Shown piece by piece: positions 1-10,111 of a DNA stretch of 32,000 nucleotides. The translations under genes and the position numbers were made by a program. Source of the stretch: Hallella mizrahii. GTDB lineage: Bacteria; Bacteroidota; Bacteroidia; Bacteroidales; Bacteroidaceae. Numbering within the stretch: the first letter of the stretch is position 1; each line of letters opens with the position of its first letter. Location of the stretch: assembly GCF_009695775.1 (NCBI RefSeq), contig NZ_VUNG01000009.1:5181-37180 (forward strand), in the 5' to 3' direction. The notes under the pieces were generated by a model that did no database searches, was not told the origin of the DNA, and saw only the letters and a list, made by a program, of their open reading frames with translations.

Positions 1-695
1 CAGGGGTCGTACTCATAAGAGATTGTCAGTGGCACGATGTGCAGAGCAGCCAAGCGATCGATGATGCTACCTTCGCCGCCCATGACCATCATCTTCAGAA
101 TGGCAGCCTGAGTGTTGTCGGTAGAGTCCTTGGAACGGCCCTCGCGCTGGGCAATCCACACGTTTTCGTTCTTCTCGCTGATGACAAAGTGCATGTATTC
201 CGACATGCGCTTGCTGGCCTTGTACATCTCCACAGCATGCAGGGCACGCTCCACGGTAAACGACTTGTTGATGCGCACGAGGTCCTTCACCCATGGAATG
301 GTGAGCAGGTTGTCGCCAATGGCGATCTCGCACGTCGTGCTGAAACCAACGTCGAGCAGCAATTTGTCGAGCAGGGCTGAGTCGAGGACGATATCGCGGT
401 GGTTGCTCACAAAGGTGTAGCGGTGGTTGATGTTTACGCTCGAAGCGTCCATGCTGCAACCGAAACTGGCCTTGTGGATGAGGTCTTGCAGTACCGGATA
501 GCAAAAAGCTTTCTGAAACTCCAGGTTGGTCTTGCAGCTTTTCATCTTCTTGCCCAGGTCTTCCAGCGATACGCCGGGGAAGAGACTGGTGATGACTTGC
601 TGAAACTGTGGGTCGGCCAACAGCCGGTCGTATACTGCGGGAAGCTCCTCAGGGGTGAAGGGGCGGATGGGATCAAATTCTGATGGAATGTTCAT
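1..695 (-). CDS. PlsC-superfamily acyltransferase (1-acyl-sn-glycerol-3-phosphate acyltransferase-like), N-terminal ~231 codons; C-terminus lies beyond position 1
   Basis: Absent from the ORF track because there is no stop in the window. My minus-strand translation from the ATG at 695-693 reads MNIPSEFDPIRPFTPEELPAVYDRLLADPQFQQV...YTFVSNHRDIVLDSALL...VWIAQREGRSKDSTDNTQAAILKMM. The SNHRD..D and AQREGRxKD blocks are typical of Bacteroidota glycerolipid acyltransferases. The listed ORFs in 39-683 are shadow frames. Confidence 0.75.
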   Translation of the reverse strand, partial: MNIPSEFDPIRPFTPEELPAVYDRLLADPQFQQVITSLFPGVSLEDLGKKMKSCKTNLEFQKAFCYPVLQDLIHKASFGCSMDASSVNINHRYTFVSNHRDIVLDSALLDKLLLDVGFSTTCEIAIGDNLLTIPWVKDLVRINKSFTVERALHAVEMYKASKRMSEYMHFVISEKNENVWIAQREGRSKDSTDNTQAAILKMMVMGGEGSIIDRLAALHIVPLTISYEYDP

Positions 696-751
696 ATTGC
701 TTATTTTTTAGAGGTGTCTATGGATGCAGATTCATTGATATCATTCAGGTA

Positions 752-1540
752 TCACTCTTTCATCTCTGCGATAATGAGCTCGATGCCCATCTCTTCGATG
801 CGGCTTCTGTCAGAAGGGCGGATATTTGAGTCGGTGATGATCGTGTCGACAGTGTCCATGTCGCAGATCTTGGCAAAGCCGCGACGGCCGAACTTCGTGG
901 AGTCAGCCAGCACGATGACGTGCTGGGCGGCCTTGATCATCTTCTGATTGAGATGGGCCTCACGCATGTCGGTCGTGGAAATGCCGAAGTCGAAGTCAAT
1001 GCCGTCAACGCCAATGAAGAGTTTGCTGAACGAGCAGTCTTCGAGGATTTTCTCACTGTATTGCCCTACGACCGAGAGGCTGCTGTGGCGCAGCATGCCG
1101 CCGAGCTGAATGATGTCGACATTCTCGTTTTTGGCCAGCGAGATAGAAGCCTGCAGTGACGCCGAGACGACGGTGAGCCGATGGTTGGTCGTGATGCAGT
1201 TGGCAAACGCGTGGATGGTCGTTCCCGAAGCAATGATGATGGAGTCGTTGTCCTCAATGAGCTTGGCGGCCTGCATGCCAATGCGGTGCTTCTCTTCGGG
1301 ACAGATATGCTCTTTTTCATTCACCGAGCGGTTGTTGGCAAAAGGATTGATGGCTATGGCCTTGCCATGGCTGCGATAGAGCTTACCTTCCTTTTCCAGT
1401 TCGGTGAGATCCTTGCGTATCGTGACCGACGAGACACCGAGTTTGTCGGCCAAATCAGACACGAGCACAACATTCTGCTTGAAGAACTGATCCATGATAG
1501 CCTCGTGCCGCTCTTCCTTGGTCATATTGCTTGTCACCAT
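752..1540 (-). CDS. DeoR/GlpR-family transcriptional regulator (N-terminal HTH plus C-terminal sugar-phosphate-binding domain)
   Basis: 262-aa ORF. HTH segment VLVSDLADKLGVSSVTIRKDLTELEKEGKLYRSHG, then a DeoR C-terminal pattern (IIIASGTT...LFIGVDGID...VIVLADSTKF). An alternative ATG lies at 1525. Confidence 0.9.
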   Translation of the reverse strand: MVTSNMTKEERHEAIMDQFFKQNVVLVSDLADKLGVSSVTIRKDLTELEKEGKLYRSHGKAIAINPFANNRSVNEKEHICPEEKHRIGMQAAKLIEDNDSIIIASGTTIHAFANCITTNHRLTVVSASLQASISLAKNENVDIIQLGGMLRHSSLSVVGQYSEKILEDCSFSKLFIGVDGIDFDFGISTTDMREAHLNQKMIKAAQHVIVLADSTKFGRRGFAKICDMDTVDTIITDSNIRPSDRSRIEEMGIELIIAEMKE

Positions 1541-1565
1541 AACGTTACTTTCGACGATTGTTTTA

Positions 1566-1573
1566 CAAATATA
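1566..1573 (-). promoter_or_regulatory. Candidate Bacteroidota -7 promoter box TATATTTG for the DeoR-family gene
   Basis: The plus strand reads caaatata, which is TAtaTTTG on the minus strand, 26 nt upstream of the ATG at 1540. It matches the TAnnTTTG consensus. Confidence 0.35.
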
Positions 1574-1824
1574 CGACTTTTTCCTATTCCACGTTTTCCT
1601 GTAAAGAGGTTTAACTATAAATTAACACAAAACGACATGGAAGCAACTACATAGCATATCCTTTCTCCTAACTATACGTTGACATGCTAATATCAGTTCT
1701 CCAATAAATGAAAAGCGAAAACGACAATCATCTACTCACATACCACGATGAAGCAGATGACTGATCGGAATAGCAGGCCTCGCGCCTTGCTGCTAAGTCC
1801 CTTCTACGCACGGACGTAGAACCT

Positions 1825-2004
1825 TTAACCTAGCACGCGTCCGGCCAGCACATCGCTTGCCAAGACATGCTTAATGTTGCCTTGTGAATCAGAATAGACA
1901 ACAGACTCGCCCCGTGAAGCCTTGTCACGAAGCATTTCCTGCTCGGCGATAGCCAGACCCTCGTCCAACTTCTTAATAAAAGCTTCAGCTTCCTGATTTG
2001 ACAT
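1825..2004 (-). CDS. Small hypothetical protein (59 aa from the ATG; the ORF-track start at 2010 is GTG)
   Basis: ORF MSNQEAEAFIKKLDEGLAIAEQEMLRDKASRGESVVYSDSQGNIKHVLASDVL... sits isolated in an otherwise ORF-free 0.8-kb gap. No motif recognised. Confidence 0.4.
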   Translation of the reverse strand: MSNQEAEAFIKKLDEGLAIAEQEMLRDKASRGESVVYSDSQGNIKHVLASDVLAGRVLG

Positions 2005-2327
2005 AATCACTAATTATTTTAAATTTGTTACTATCATCTTCCGGCTTCATTACTATCTGCTATAATATACTGATGCTTCACAATAATTGATCCTATCTGT
2101 TTCCTCCTTTATAAGAAAAGCTTGTCGTTGCAAAAATAGTCAATATTTCCTAAACCTACAAACTTCTCAATACATTTTTCCAGTCTAATTTGCACAGCCA
2201 AAACTCAACCAACAAGCAAGTAACTTAGAAATCATTACCCAAACGTTACATACAGAATGTAATCAAATCGTTGCATGTATTACACCCATATTGATACCGT
2301 TGTCATAACGATGAAACAAGTAATATC

Positions 2328-2335
2328 TACCTTTG
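2328..2335 (+). promoter_or_regulatory. Candidate -7 promoter box TACCTTTG for the lipoprotein gene
   Basis: tacctttg matches TAnnTTTG, 32 nt upstream of the ATG at 2367. Confidence 0.4.
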
Positions 2336-2366
2336 TCGCAGAAAAAGAACTTAATGTTATAAAGTT

Positions 2367-3818
2367 ATGTTTAGCAAGAATTCTATTTGGAAAAGCTTAT
2401 GCATAGTTGCTTTAGCGGCAACTTTCAGTGCATGTAACAGCAGTGACGCCCCTCTCTCACCAGAGTTCACAACCATCTCATCTTCCGTCCAAGCCGACAG
2501 TATTTCCTCAACAAGTTCCTCTCTTCTTTTTACAAATGGGAGCCCAGACATCAATGGAAAGGAGATTGGAAATGGCAGTAAGGAAATGACCTTCCGTGGC
2601 ACCCAAACTATTAATAGTGGTGTGTACGAGCTTAAAGGCATTATACGTATTGCCAAAGGGGCTAAAGTAAAGATCGAGGCAGGGGCTACTATTAAATGCG
2701 ACACCGAGAGCCCATCCGGCCTTATCGTTGAGAATGGTGGAACACTAGTAGCAGAAGGAAACGCACAGGCTCCAATCGTATTCACATCTTCTAAAGAAAC
2801 AAAAGATCGTCAACCAGGAGATTGGATAGGCCTCATTATATGTGGAAATGCAAGGAACAACCTTAAGTCGGCAGCCACAGATAAAGTCAATTTATCATAT
2901 GGGGGTGACGACGATCTGTCTGGCACGGGATTGCTTAGATATATTAGAATCGAATATGCTGGTCGAAAACTTTACGACGATCTGACACCAAGCGGACTGC
3001 TATTCGCCTCAACGGGAAAGGGCTTACAAGTTGACCATGTAGAAGTCTCAAATTCAGGAGGCGATTCTTTTAATTGGATAGGAGGTGATACAGATTGCAA
3101 ATACATCGTATCAGACCAATGTGAGCAGAATGACTTCAACGTTAGCAACGGTTATAGAGGCAACGTACAATTTGGAATATCAATCAGAGATTTGTCGACT
3201 TGCAAAGCTAATGGAAACGGTATTGAAAGTATGAATGCCGAAAGCGGGTTGCTTACAGACCCGACAACACAAGCAACATTCTCTAATATGACATTTATCA
3301 ATACATCGAATGAGACTGTAAATCTTAGCAAACAATCATTTCATTCAGCAATCTATGTAAGTAGAAGCGCATGTGTCAACTGTTACAATTCGATCTTCAT
3401 TGGATGGCCTGTCGGAGTAACTATAGATAACTATCAAAGCCTATCTAGAATGTTAGCAAAGGAAGGAAAGATGAATATCAGTAACAACACCTTCGTTAAC
3501 GTTAACACGTTGGGGTCAGATGCACAAGGTGTCATAGAAGATGTCAGAGTGGATAAGTTCACAAATGAGAATTCTCTCAAGACTAAAGGGCAGAGAAGTT
3601 TCACGAGCTGCTGGCTCAGAGACAAAGGGGAAAACAAGCAATATCTAAGTGAAGAAGAACTTAAGTTTCAAGTCCGCATAGAACCTACACTTCAAAGTCC
3701 AACAAACGAAGCAGCATCCTTTGAAGAACTCGACAATTGGTTTACAAGAGTTACCTATATCGGTGCTTTAAACACCAATGCACAATGGATAAATTTCTGG
3801 ACGCATTTTAGTTACTAA
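2367..3818 (+). CDS. Conserved uncharacterised lipoprotein, predicted parallel beta-helix-like fold
   Basis: 483 aa. Lipobox LAATFSAC at the N-terminus. It has the conserved blocks of a Bacteroidota/Leptospira lipoprotein family (GATIKCD...LIVENGGTLVAEGNAQAPIVFTS...PGDWIGLIICGNA...YGGDDD...LRYIRIEYAG...GGDSFNWIGG...NGYRGNVQFGISIRD...NGIES). Function unknown. Confidence 0.75.
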   Translation: MFSKNSIWKSLCIVALAATFSACNSSDAPLSPEFTTISSSVQADSISSTSSSLLFTNGSPDINGKEIGNGSKEMTFRGTQTINSGVYELKGIIRIAKGAKVKIEAGATIKCDTESPSGLIVENGGTLVAEGNAQAPIVFTSSKETKDRQPGDWIGLIICGNARNNLKSAATDKVNLSYGGDDDLSGTGLLRYIRIEYAGRKLYDDLTPSGLLFASTGKGLQVDHVEVSNSGGDSFNWIGGDTDCKYIVSDQCEQNDFNVSNGYRGNVQFGISIRDLSTCKANGNGIESMNAESGLLTDPTTQATFSNMTFINTSNETVNLSKQSFHSAIYVSRSACVNCYNSIFIGWPVGVTIDNYQSLSRMLAKEGKMNISNNTFVNVNTLGSDAQGVIEDVRVDKFTNENSLKTKGQRSFTSCWLRDKGENKQYLSEEELKFQVRIEPTLQSPTNEAASFEELDNWFTRVTYIGALNTNAQWINFWTHFSY

Positions 3819-3876
3819 GCACAAAAAAACAGGAAACTAGTGTAAATGTAGCAACGAATACTAATAAGCCACAAAA

Positions 3877-3900
3877 GGGGATATGCTGCGGCATATCCCC
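3877..3900. terminator. Bidirectional intrinsic terminator-like hairpin between convergent genes
   Basis: Perfect 10-bp stem ggggatatgc / gcatatcccc with loop tgcg, an A-run upstream and a T-rich tract downstream. It lies between the stops at 3818 (+) and 3996 (-). Confidence 0.6.
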
Positions 3901-3995
3901 TTCCTTTCATTAAAAAACCATACAAAACAACCGTAATGATTCTAACTATTATACACTTTTCGCTATGAATAAAAAAGTTGCTTAACAATCAAACA

Positions 3996-5189
3996 TTAGA
4001 AGAAGAATTGAATACGACCAGTAATGTAATTAAGACTCTTCATGTTGCGTAAATGAGAGTTGTCGTAATCCAACTTGAAACGCAAGAATGGCTTATAGTA
4101 GTAATTCAGACCTACAGTAAACTGATTAGTCATTCTGCCAACCATCAACGTTTCACCCTTATTCGTTGTGAAAGAGTGTACACCAAGACCTGCCTCGGGA
4201 TCTTCAAGATCAACATGAGCAAATCTTGCAACAAGCTCTAACGAACCGGGCTTGGGCAAAGCCATACGAGCCCACGAAGAAGAGTATTCATAAGGCTTTC
4301 CCAAGAGCAGGAATGCTACTTGACCATAAGCACCCCACGATTTGAAGTCACCTAAAGTAGTTTTGTCTGTGCGCTTAGTATTACTATAGATATACTCTCC
4401 TTGAAGGGCCATCCTGTCAACGGCCGCAATCAACTCTGTACCCACACGGAAATTATGCTTTGCATGATCCACATCAGCAGTATTTAGCTTTGTGCTGATG
4501 ATAGGCGTTCCCGTAGTGATACCATAAGAATCAGTCCGGTCATTGGTCGTATACTTGCCGCCTTCTACCGTAGAATATGTCCCCGCAGTAGGCACGCGGT
4601 AAGAACCTGCCACACCCACATGGAAGATCTTGCCTGGCTCATGAATTGGTGCATAAGCTACACGAGCAGTGATTGAATAGCCATCACTTGCCTGATCAGC
4701 TGTTCTTTGCTTTGCGAAATTAGCATCTGCAAAAGCACCGGCACCAACCCAAAGTCCCTTATTCCATCCAATATACTCGATACCAAGTCTACGTCCTGGA
4801 GCGAAAGCCTGCTGAACAATACCAGCATCTATAAACTTGATATTGCCAGAAGACTCCATATAATCAATTCCTAAAGGCTCGGCATAATGGCCAATGCGAG
4901 CATAAGAGTTCTTCTGAAAATTGTACTGCAAGTATACATCCTTAAATGATACAGACTTTTTGGCATAACCGATATCGATCTTTGCGCTCCACTTTTCCCA
5001 GCTACCACTCACGCCAATACGTAAGTCACTGATACTTGCACCACTCGGCATGTGCTCTTGATCGTTTTGAACTACGGCCGTTCCATCAATATATCCACGA
5101 CCACTCACTTTCAAAGAAAGCTTTTCACTCTGAGCAAAGGTAGTTGAAGCCATCATGGCTACCATTGTCAACAGTAATCCCCTCTTCAT
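3996..5189 (-). CDS. Outer-membrane beta-barrel porin, phosphate-selective porin O/P-like
   Basis: 397 aa. Signal peptide MKRGLLLTMVAMMASTTFAQ, alternating beta-strand pattern throughout, and an aromatic C-terminus ...GRIQFFF. Overall resemblance to the OprO/OprP (Porin_O_P) family. Confidence 0.7.
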   Translation of the reverse strand: MKRGLLLTMVAMMASTTFAQSEKLSLKVSGRGYIDGTAVVQNDQEHMPSGASISDLRIGVSGSWEKWSAKIDIGYAKKSVSFKDVYLQYNFQKNSYARIGHYAEPLGIDYMESSGNIKFIDAGIVQQAFAPGRRLGIEYIGWNKGLWVGAGAFADANFAKQRTADQASDGYSITARVAYAPIHEPGKIFHVGVAGSYRVPTAGTYSTVEGGKYTTNDRTDSYGITTGTPIISTKLNTADVDHAKHNFRVGTELIAAVDRMALQGEYIYSNTKRTDKTTLGDFKSWGAYGQVAFLLLGKPYEYSSSWARMALPKPGSLELVARFAHVDLEDPEAGLGVHSFTTNKGETLMVGRMTNQFTVGLNYYYKPFLRFKLDYDNSHLRNMKSLNYITGRIQFFF

Positions 5190-5282
5190 AGCAATCTAAA
5201 TTTAAAGAATTAGGTTAAAAGATTAGAGAAGAAGGGCTGCCACACTGGAAAGACAGCCCTCTTAATTTTTCTTTATTCTTTA

Positions 5283-6239
5283 TTAATAAGTGACAACAGC
5301 TGGATCAGAAACATTGGTAGTTGCATTGACTTTCACACCAAGCTTCTTGCAAGTCCAGTCAACCTTACCCTCTGGTACATCGCGCGTATACTCGATGATA
5401 CAGTTAGGATCCTGCTCCCAATATTTCTTCGCAGTCATATTCTTCATATCCTTGTTAGGTTTGGTATCATCAGGATTAAGCATAAGTTTCAAACCAACAG
5501 AGGTATTCATCATCTCCATATCACCACGACTATTACCAGCAGCAAAGAGAGGACGAGTCTTTACGAATGTATAGACACACTCTGCCTTACCATTGTCCTG
5601 AGGAGAAGGGAAGGTAATTTGGTCGGTGATCTTACCATCGCTGCTGACAGGAGACTTCACACCAATTACATGATCCTCTTGGAATCCTAATTCCTGCACA
5701 CAGAAACGCTGATAAAGAAGTTCTGGGGAAGCAGAGATCACCCATGTCTCAAATCCAAAGTTACGAAGGTTTGCTAACAAAGCCTTCATCTGAGGGTAGA
5801 ACTTGTTCTGATACTTCTCATGGAAGCAATCATCACCAATACGCTGAGCCTCCTCCGGCGTCAGCCCCGAAAGGAACTTCACACGATCACGCTCACGGCT
5901 AATGGCATCCTCGTTGATCATCTTCTTCACCAAGGCATACTTCTCCTGAGAGACCTTGTCGGTCTTTCCCTTATAGTTCTTCTCTGCATAATCGTAGAGA
6001 GACTCCTCTGCCAAGTAGTAAGGAACCTGACCAAGAAGCGTACCGTCGCAGTCAAAGACTGCTACCTTACGAATGTTCATCGGGATCGTAGAGATCATGA
6101 AGTTCTCAAGCTTTGCATTCGTGGCATCGCTCCATCCCTGAATCTTCTGATACTTGTAGGTCTGAGCCATTGTGGCCAAAACACCTACGAAAAGCAGCAT
6201 ACACAATGCTGACGCAATTCGCTTAACAGAATTAATCAT
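5283..6239 (-). CDS. Secreted HAD-superfamily phosphatase (SerB/subfamily IB-like)
   Basis: 318 aa. N-terminal signal peptide (ALCMLLFVGVLATMAQ). HAD motif I VAVFDCDGTLL (DxDGT), motif II VISASP, motif IV-like GNSRGDMEMM. Confidence 0.8.
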   Translation of the reverse strand: MINSVKRIASALCMLLFVGVLATMAQTYKYQKIQGWSDATNAKLENFMISTIPMNIRKVAVFDCDGTLLGQVPYYLAEESLYDYAEKNYKGKTDKVSQEKYALVKKMINEDAISRERDRVKFLSGLTPEEAQRIGDDCFHEKYQNKFYPQMKALLANLRNFGFETWVISASPELLYQRFCVQELGFQEDHVIGVKSPVSSDGKITDQITFPSPQDNGKAECVYTFVKTRPLFAAGNSRGDMEMMNTSVGLKLMLNPDDTKPNKDMKNMTAKKYWEQDPNCIIEYTRDVPEGKVDWTCKKLGVKVNATTNVSDPAVVTY

Positions 6240-6315
6240 AATAAAGATGTTTAAAGTTAATAATGTGTTGTTTAGTTATGAATATCAAATACCCAAAAAT
6301 ATCAATATGCCAACA

Positions 6316-7047
6316 TCAGAATGATGTAATCCAGACTCCCAGTAAGCCTGCTAAAGCACCACCTGCCAATGGACCGAGGATTGGAACCCAACTATAGCTC
6401 CAACCACTGTCTCTTTTACCCTTTATAGGTAACAAGGCATGCGCAATACGCGGTCCGAGATCACGTGCAGGATTCATTGCATAACCAGTAACGCCACCAA
6501 GAGACATACCTATAGAAACAATAACCATAGTAATTGGCCACGCACTGTTTCCACCCAAACCGACTACACCTGTGTAAGAGCTAATGCAAACGATAAGCAA
6601 CAAAAGGATGAATGCACAGATAAACTCCTGCAAGAAGTTCAATGGCTTGTTCTCTATCGCAGGCATTGTACAGAAGATAGTCAGTTTTCCTTCAGGATCA
6701 TCTGTAGCATCAAAATGATCCTTATACATTAACCATACAAGAACGGCTCCCAAAAAGGCACCAAGCATTTGGGCTATAATATATGGTATTACATTCGACC
6801 ATGGGAACATACCAGCACAAGCTAAGCCTACACTAACGGCGGGGTTGAGATGCGCACCCGAATTATGTGCAATAAACACACCTGCCATCACAGCAAGTCC
6901 CCATCCCAAGGTAATGACGACCCAACCACCGCCTTTACCTTTACTCTTGTTCAAACCCATACAGGCACATACTCCATCTCCTAGGAGAATCATTACTAAT
7001 GTTCCAAGAAACTCCAGGATACAATTGTGAAACAAGACAGCATCCAT
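6316..7047 (-). CDS. glpF: Glycerol uptake facilitator (MIP/aquaglyceroporin)
   Basis: 243 aa with six hydrophobic segments and two NPA boxes (AHLNPAVSVG, YAMNPARDLGPR). Located directly downstream of glpK. Confidence 0.9.
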   Translation of the reverse strand: MDAVLFHNCILEFLGTLVMILLGDGVCACMGLNKSKGKGGGWVVITLGWGLAVMAGVFIAHNSGAHLNPAVSVGLACAGMFPWSNVIPYIIAQMLGAFLGAVLVWLMYKDHFDATDDPEGKLTIFCTMPAIENKPLNFLQEFICAFILLLLIVCISSYTGVVGLGGNSAWPITMVIVSIGMSLGGVTGYAMNPARDLGPRIAHALLPIKGKRDSGWSYSWVPILGPLAGGALAGLLGVWITSF

Positions 7048-7084
7048 AACTCTGATATAATATTTATTCTTAGATAATATAATC

Positions 7085-8572
7085 TTATTTCTTAGTTAAG
7101 GTCCGACTGACTGCATCCTCCCAGCCTGCCTTAGCCGCCTTAATAGTATCATTCTCCGGCTCTGGTTCAAAAGTTCGCTCTACGCGCCACTGACTCTTAA
7201 CTTCATCAATGTCTTTCCAATAGCCCACAGCTAAACCTGCTAGATAGGCTGCACCCAGAGCCGTCGTCTCTGTGATCTTCGGACGCACGACGTTAATGCC
7301 CAGCAAGTTGGCCTGGAACTGCATCAGCAGGTTGTTGCGTGAGGCACCGCCATCGACCTTCAACTCTGTCAACGGAGCATTCATGTCCTTGGCCATTGCC
7401 TGTGCGATGTCATAAGTTTGGAAGGCAATGCCATCAAGGGCTGCACGGGCAATATGAGCGCGCGTCGTTCCACGGGTAATACCGCAGATAAGGCCACGGG
7501 CGTATGGATCCCAGTAAGGAGCGGCAAGGCCTGTAAGGGCAGGCACAAAGTAGACACCGCCACTGTCGGGCACGGTAGATGCCAATTCCTCAATCTCACT
7601 GCTGCTCTTGATAAAGCCGAGGCCGTCGCGTATCCACTGCACCACGCTTCCGCCAACGTAGATAGAGCCCTCAAGGGCGTAGTTGACCTTATCACCAATC
7701 TTCCACGCTACCGTGGTAAGCAGATTGTTCTTGGAAAGCACAGGCTTCTCGCCGACATTCAGCATGACAAAACAACCAGTGCCGTAAGTGTTCTTGATGG
7801 AACCAGGCTCGGTACACATCTGACCGAAAAGAGCGGCTTGCTGGTCACCGGCAACGCCGGCGATAGGCACCTCGTGGGCAAAGATGGTGGTCTTGGTATG
7901 TGCCATGACCTCTGAACTGCTCTTTACCTCAGGCATCATAGAACGTGGAATGTCGAGGAGTTTCAACAGATCGTCGTCCCACTGAAGGGTGTTGATGTTG
8001 AAGAGCATGGTACGGGATGCATTAGTGACATCGGTCACATGAGCCGTGCCGCGGGTCAGACGCCAGATGAGCCAAGAGTCTACATTACCAAAGCGCAGCT
8101 TTCCCATCTCCGCACGCTTGCGTGCTCCCGGTACGTTGTCAAGGATCCACTTGATCTTGGTACCGCTGAAGTAAGCATCAATGATCAGTCCGGTCTTCTG
8201 ACGGATTTTGTCGACAAGCCCTTGAGCTTTCAACTTGTCGCAGTACTCTGCCGTACGGCGGTCCTGCCAGACAATCGCATTGTAGATGGGCTCCTCGGTA
8301 TCAATATCCCACACGATGGTGGTCTCGCGCTGATTGGTGATACCAATGGCGGCAATGTCCAAACCATTGATGTCTATAGCTGAGATAGCTTCTGCTATAA
8401 CGGATGCCTCTGATGACCAAATCTCGTTAGGGTTATGCTCCACCCATCCCGGTTTGGGGAAGTACTGTGTAAACTCTTTCTGTGCCACGCTACATATTTG
8501 ACCATCGTGGTCAAATACTATAGCACGAGAACTAGTAGTTCCTTGGTCAAGTGCAAGAATATACTTCTTCAT
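7085..8572 (-). CDS. glpK: Glycerol kinase
   Basis: 495 aa FGGY kinase. N-terminus [21 protein letters not shown], plus [13 protein letters not shown] and GCFVMLNVG blocks characteristic of GlpK. Confidence 0.97.
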   Translation of the reverse strand: MKKYILALDQGTTSSRAIVFDHDGQICSVAQKEFTQYFPKPGWVEHNPNEIWSSEASVIAEAISAIDINGLDIAAIGITNQRETTIVWDIDTEEPIYNAIVWQDRRTAEYCDKLKAQGLVDKIRQKTGLIIDAYFSGTKIKWILDNVPGARKRAEMGKLRFGNVDSWLIWRLTRGTAHVTDVTNASRTMLFNINTLQWDDDLLKLLDIPRSMMPEVKSSSEVMAHTKTTIFAHEVPIAGVAGDQQAALFGQMCTEPGSIKNTYGTGCFVMLNVGEKPVLSKNNLLTTVAWKIGDKVNYALEGSIYVGGSVVQWIRDGLGFIKSSSEIEELASTVPDSGGVYFVPALTGLAAPYWDPYARGLICGITRGTTRAHIARAALDGIAFQTYDIAQAMAKDMNAPLTELKVDGGASRNNLLMQFQANLLGINVVRPKITETTALGAAYLAGLAVGYWKDIDEVKSQWRVERTFEPEPENDTIKAAKAGWEDAVSRTLTKK

Positions 8573-8822
8573 GATTAATTATAAGATTTATAGTTTTTAG
8601 TTTCAATCAAATCATTTATTTTCACTTCGCTTGTAACACGAATGTAATTCATATTTCAAAAATAAGATAAATAATTAGAATAAGCAAATATCTTTCATAT
8701 ATTTAACAAAAATATTTCGTTTCGAAGCATTAAACTTACGTTTTAAACTTCTAACTGCTTTTTAACAGAACAAAAAATCTTGCTAACTATAAAAAGCTCT
8801 TGCTATCTCCAATATGTAACCT

Positions 8823-10079
8823 TTAATATGAATTTACCGCTTTTGTCGCTTCCACATCAAGTGCCTCGGCAAGGATGGAGATTGGATTCATGACGGGATA
8901 GCCTGTCGACATCTCTATCTGCCACTTGCAAGTCTCGCAATCTGTAGAGACATAATCGGGATTGACCTCTTTGATCTGCTGGAAGAGTGGGGCACCAATC
9001 TTTTGTGAGCGCTCGTAATTCTCTTTCTTGAAGCCGTAAGTACCGGCGATGCCGCAACAGTGACTGTCAAGCATCATGAAGTCAAGACCGGGAATCATCT
9101 TCAGCAGCTGGGTGCTGTAGAGCGTCCAGCCCATCCGCTCCATGTGGCAGGCGGTGTGATAAGCCACCTTCTTATGATAGTCTTTGCGGAAAACCAGCTT
9201 GATCTTACCCTCATCAATCTTCTGACAGAGGAAGCGGGTAGCGAGCATCAGACTGTCGCGAACGCCCTGGTTGTCGACCTTAAGCAGGTCGGGATACTCG
9301 TCACGCATGGTGAAGGTGCAAGTGGAACTCGTGGTCAGCACGGCTTCATTGCCTTCTGACAGCGAGCGGCGCATGGCTTGCATATTGTTTTCACCCTGTC
9401 GCTTGGCCTGACCGGAAAGCCCGTTGGCTATCAGTGCCACGCCACAGCACTTCTCTTTCTCCAAGAGATGAACACCATAACCGCAGGCATTCATGATCTT
9501 GACAAAGTCCTGACCCAGCTTAGGATAGTTGTAGTTGACATAGCAACCATGGAAATAACCGACGAAATGCTTATAATTCTGCTGCTCAGCCTCAGCATGA
9601 CGATGGAACCAAGTCTCGAATTTTGTACCACTGTAAGCCGGGAACTGACGATGATGATCGATCTTCATCACCTTGTCCAACACTGTCTTTGCGGGAGAAA
9701 GGCCAAGGAAGAAGTTGGTAAGAGGTGCCACCAGTGTAGCCATCGAGCCGACGAAATCGGTATTTGCCAACATGCGGTCACGCAGACTGGGGCTATGCTG
9801 ACTGTACTGGATGCGGGCTTCTTGGATGATGTCGCCGACTTTGACACCATGCGGACAAGCTACTTCACAACGCTTACAGTTGAGGCAGAGCTTCAAGGTC
9901 TCGTTGAAGAAGTCGGGATCCTTCATTCGGTAGCGCATCAGATCCGGACCGGCATGCTTAGGTCCGGGGTAATTGGGCTCCACGGCAGAGACGGGACAGT
10001 AGACCGTACAGATGCTGCACTTCAGACATTGTTCGAAGTCGTGGGCACTGAGATTATGGAGTTGAATCTTTTCAGACAT
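8823..10079 (-). CDS. glpC: Anaerobic glycerol-3-phosphate dehydrogenase subunit C (Fe-S)
   Basis: 418 aa. Two CxxCxxCxxxCP ferredoxin motifs (CLKCSICTVYCP, CLNCKRCEVACP) and two CCG-domain signatures (EKCCGVAL, SHCCGIAG). Confidence 0.93.
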   Translation of the reverse strand: MSEKIQLHNLSAHDFEQCLKCSICTVYCPVSAVEPNYPGPKHAGPDLMRYRMKDPDFFNETLKLCLNCKRCEVACPHGVKVGDIIQEARIQYSQHSPSLRDRMLANTDFVGSMATLVAPLTNFFLGLSPAKTVLDKVMKIDHHRQFPAYSGTKFETWFHRHAEAEQQNYKHFVGYFHGCYVNYNYPKLGQDFVKIMNACGYGVHLLEKEKCCGVALIANGLSGQAKRQGENNMQAMRRSLSEGNEAVLTTSSTCTFTMRDEYPDLLKVDNQGVRDSLMLATRFLCQKIDEGKIKLVFRKDYHKKVAYHTACHMERMGWTLYSTQLLKMIPGLDFMMLDSHCCGIAGTYGFKKENYERSQKIGAPLFQQIKEVNPDYVSTDCETCKWQIEMSTGYPVMNPISILAEALDVEATKAVNSY

Positions 10080-10111
10080 AATAGATAGCGTTTAAAGAGA
10101 ATGTGTTGCAA

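Noticed and set aside
39-683. Four listed ORFs at the left edge (39-380+, 67-504-, 112-420+, 399-683+)
   Set aside because: The real gene is the open-ended minus-strand acyltransferase frame starting at 695. The listed ORFs are alternative frames with implausible sequences.
1803-1822. Hairpin tctacg cacgga cgtaga just downstream of the small ORF at 1825-2004
   Set aside because: The stem is 6 bp with no following T/U tract, which is insufficient for a terminator call.
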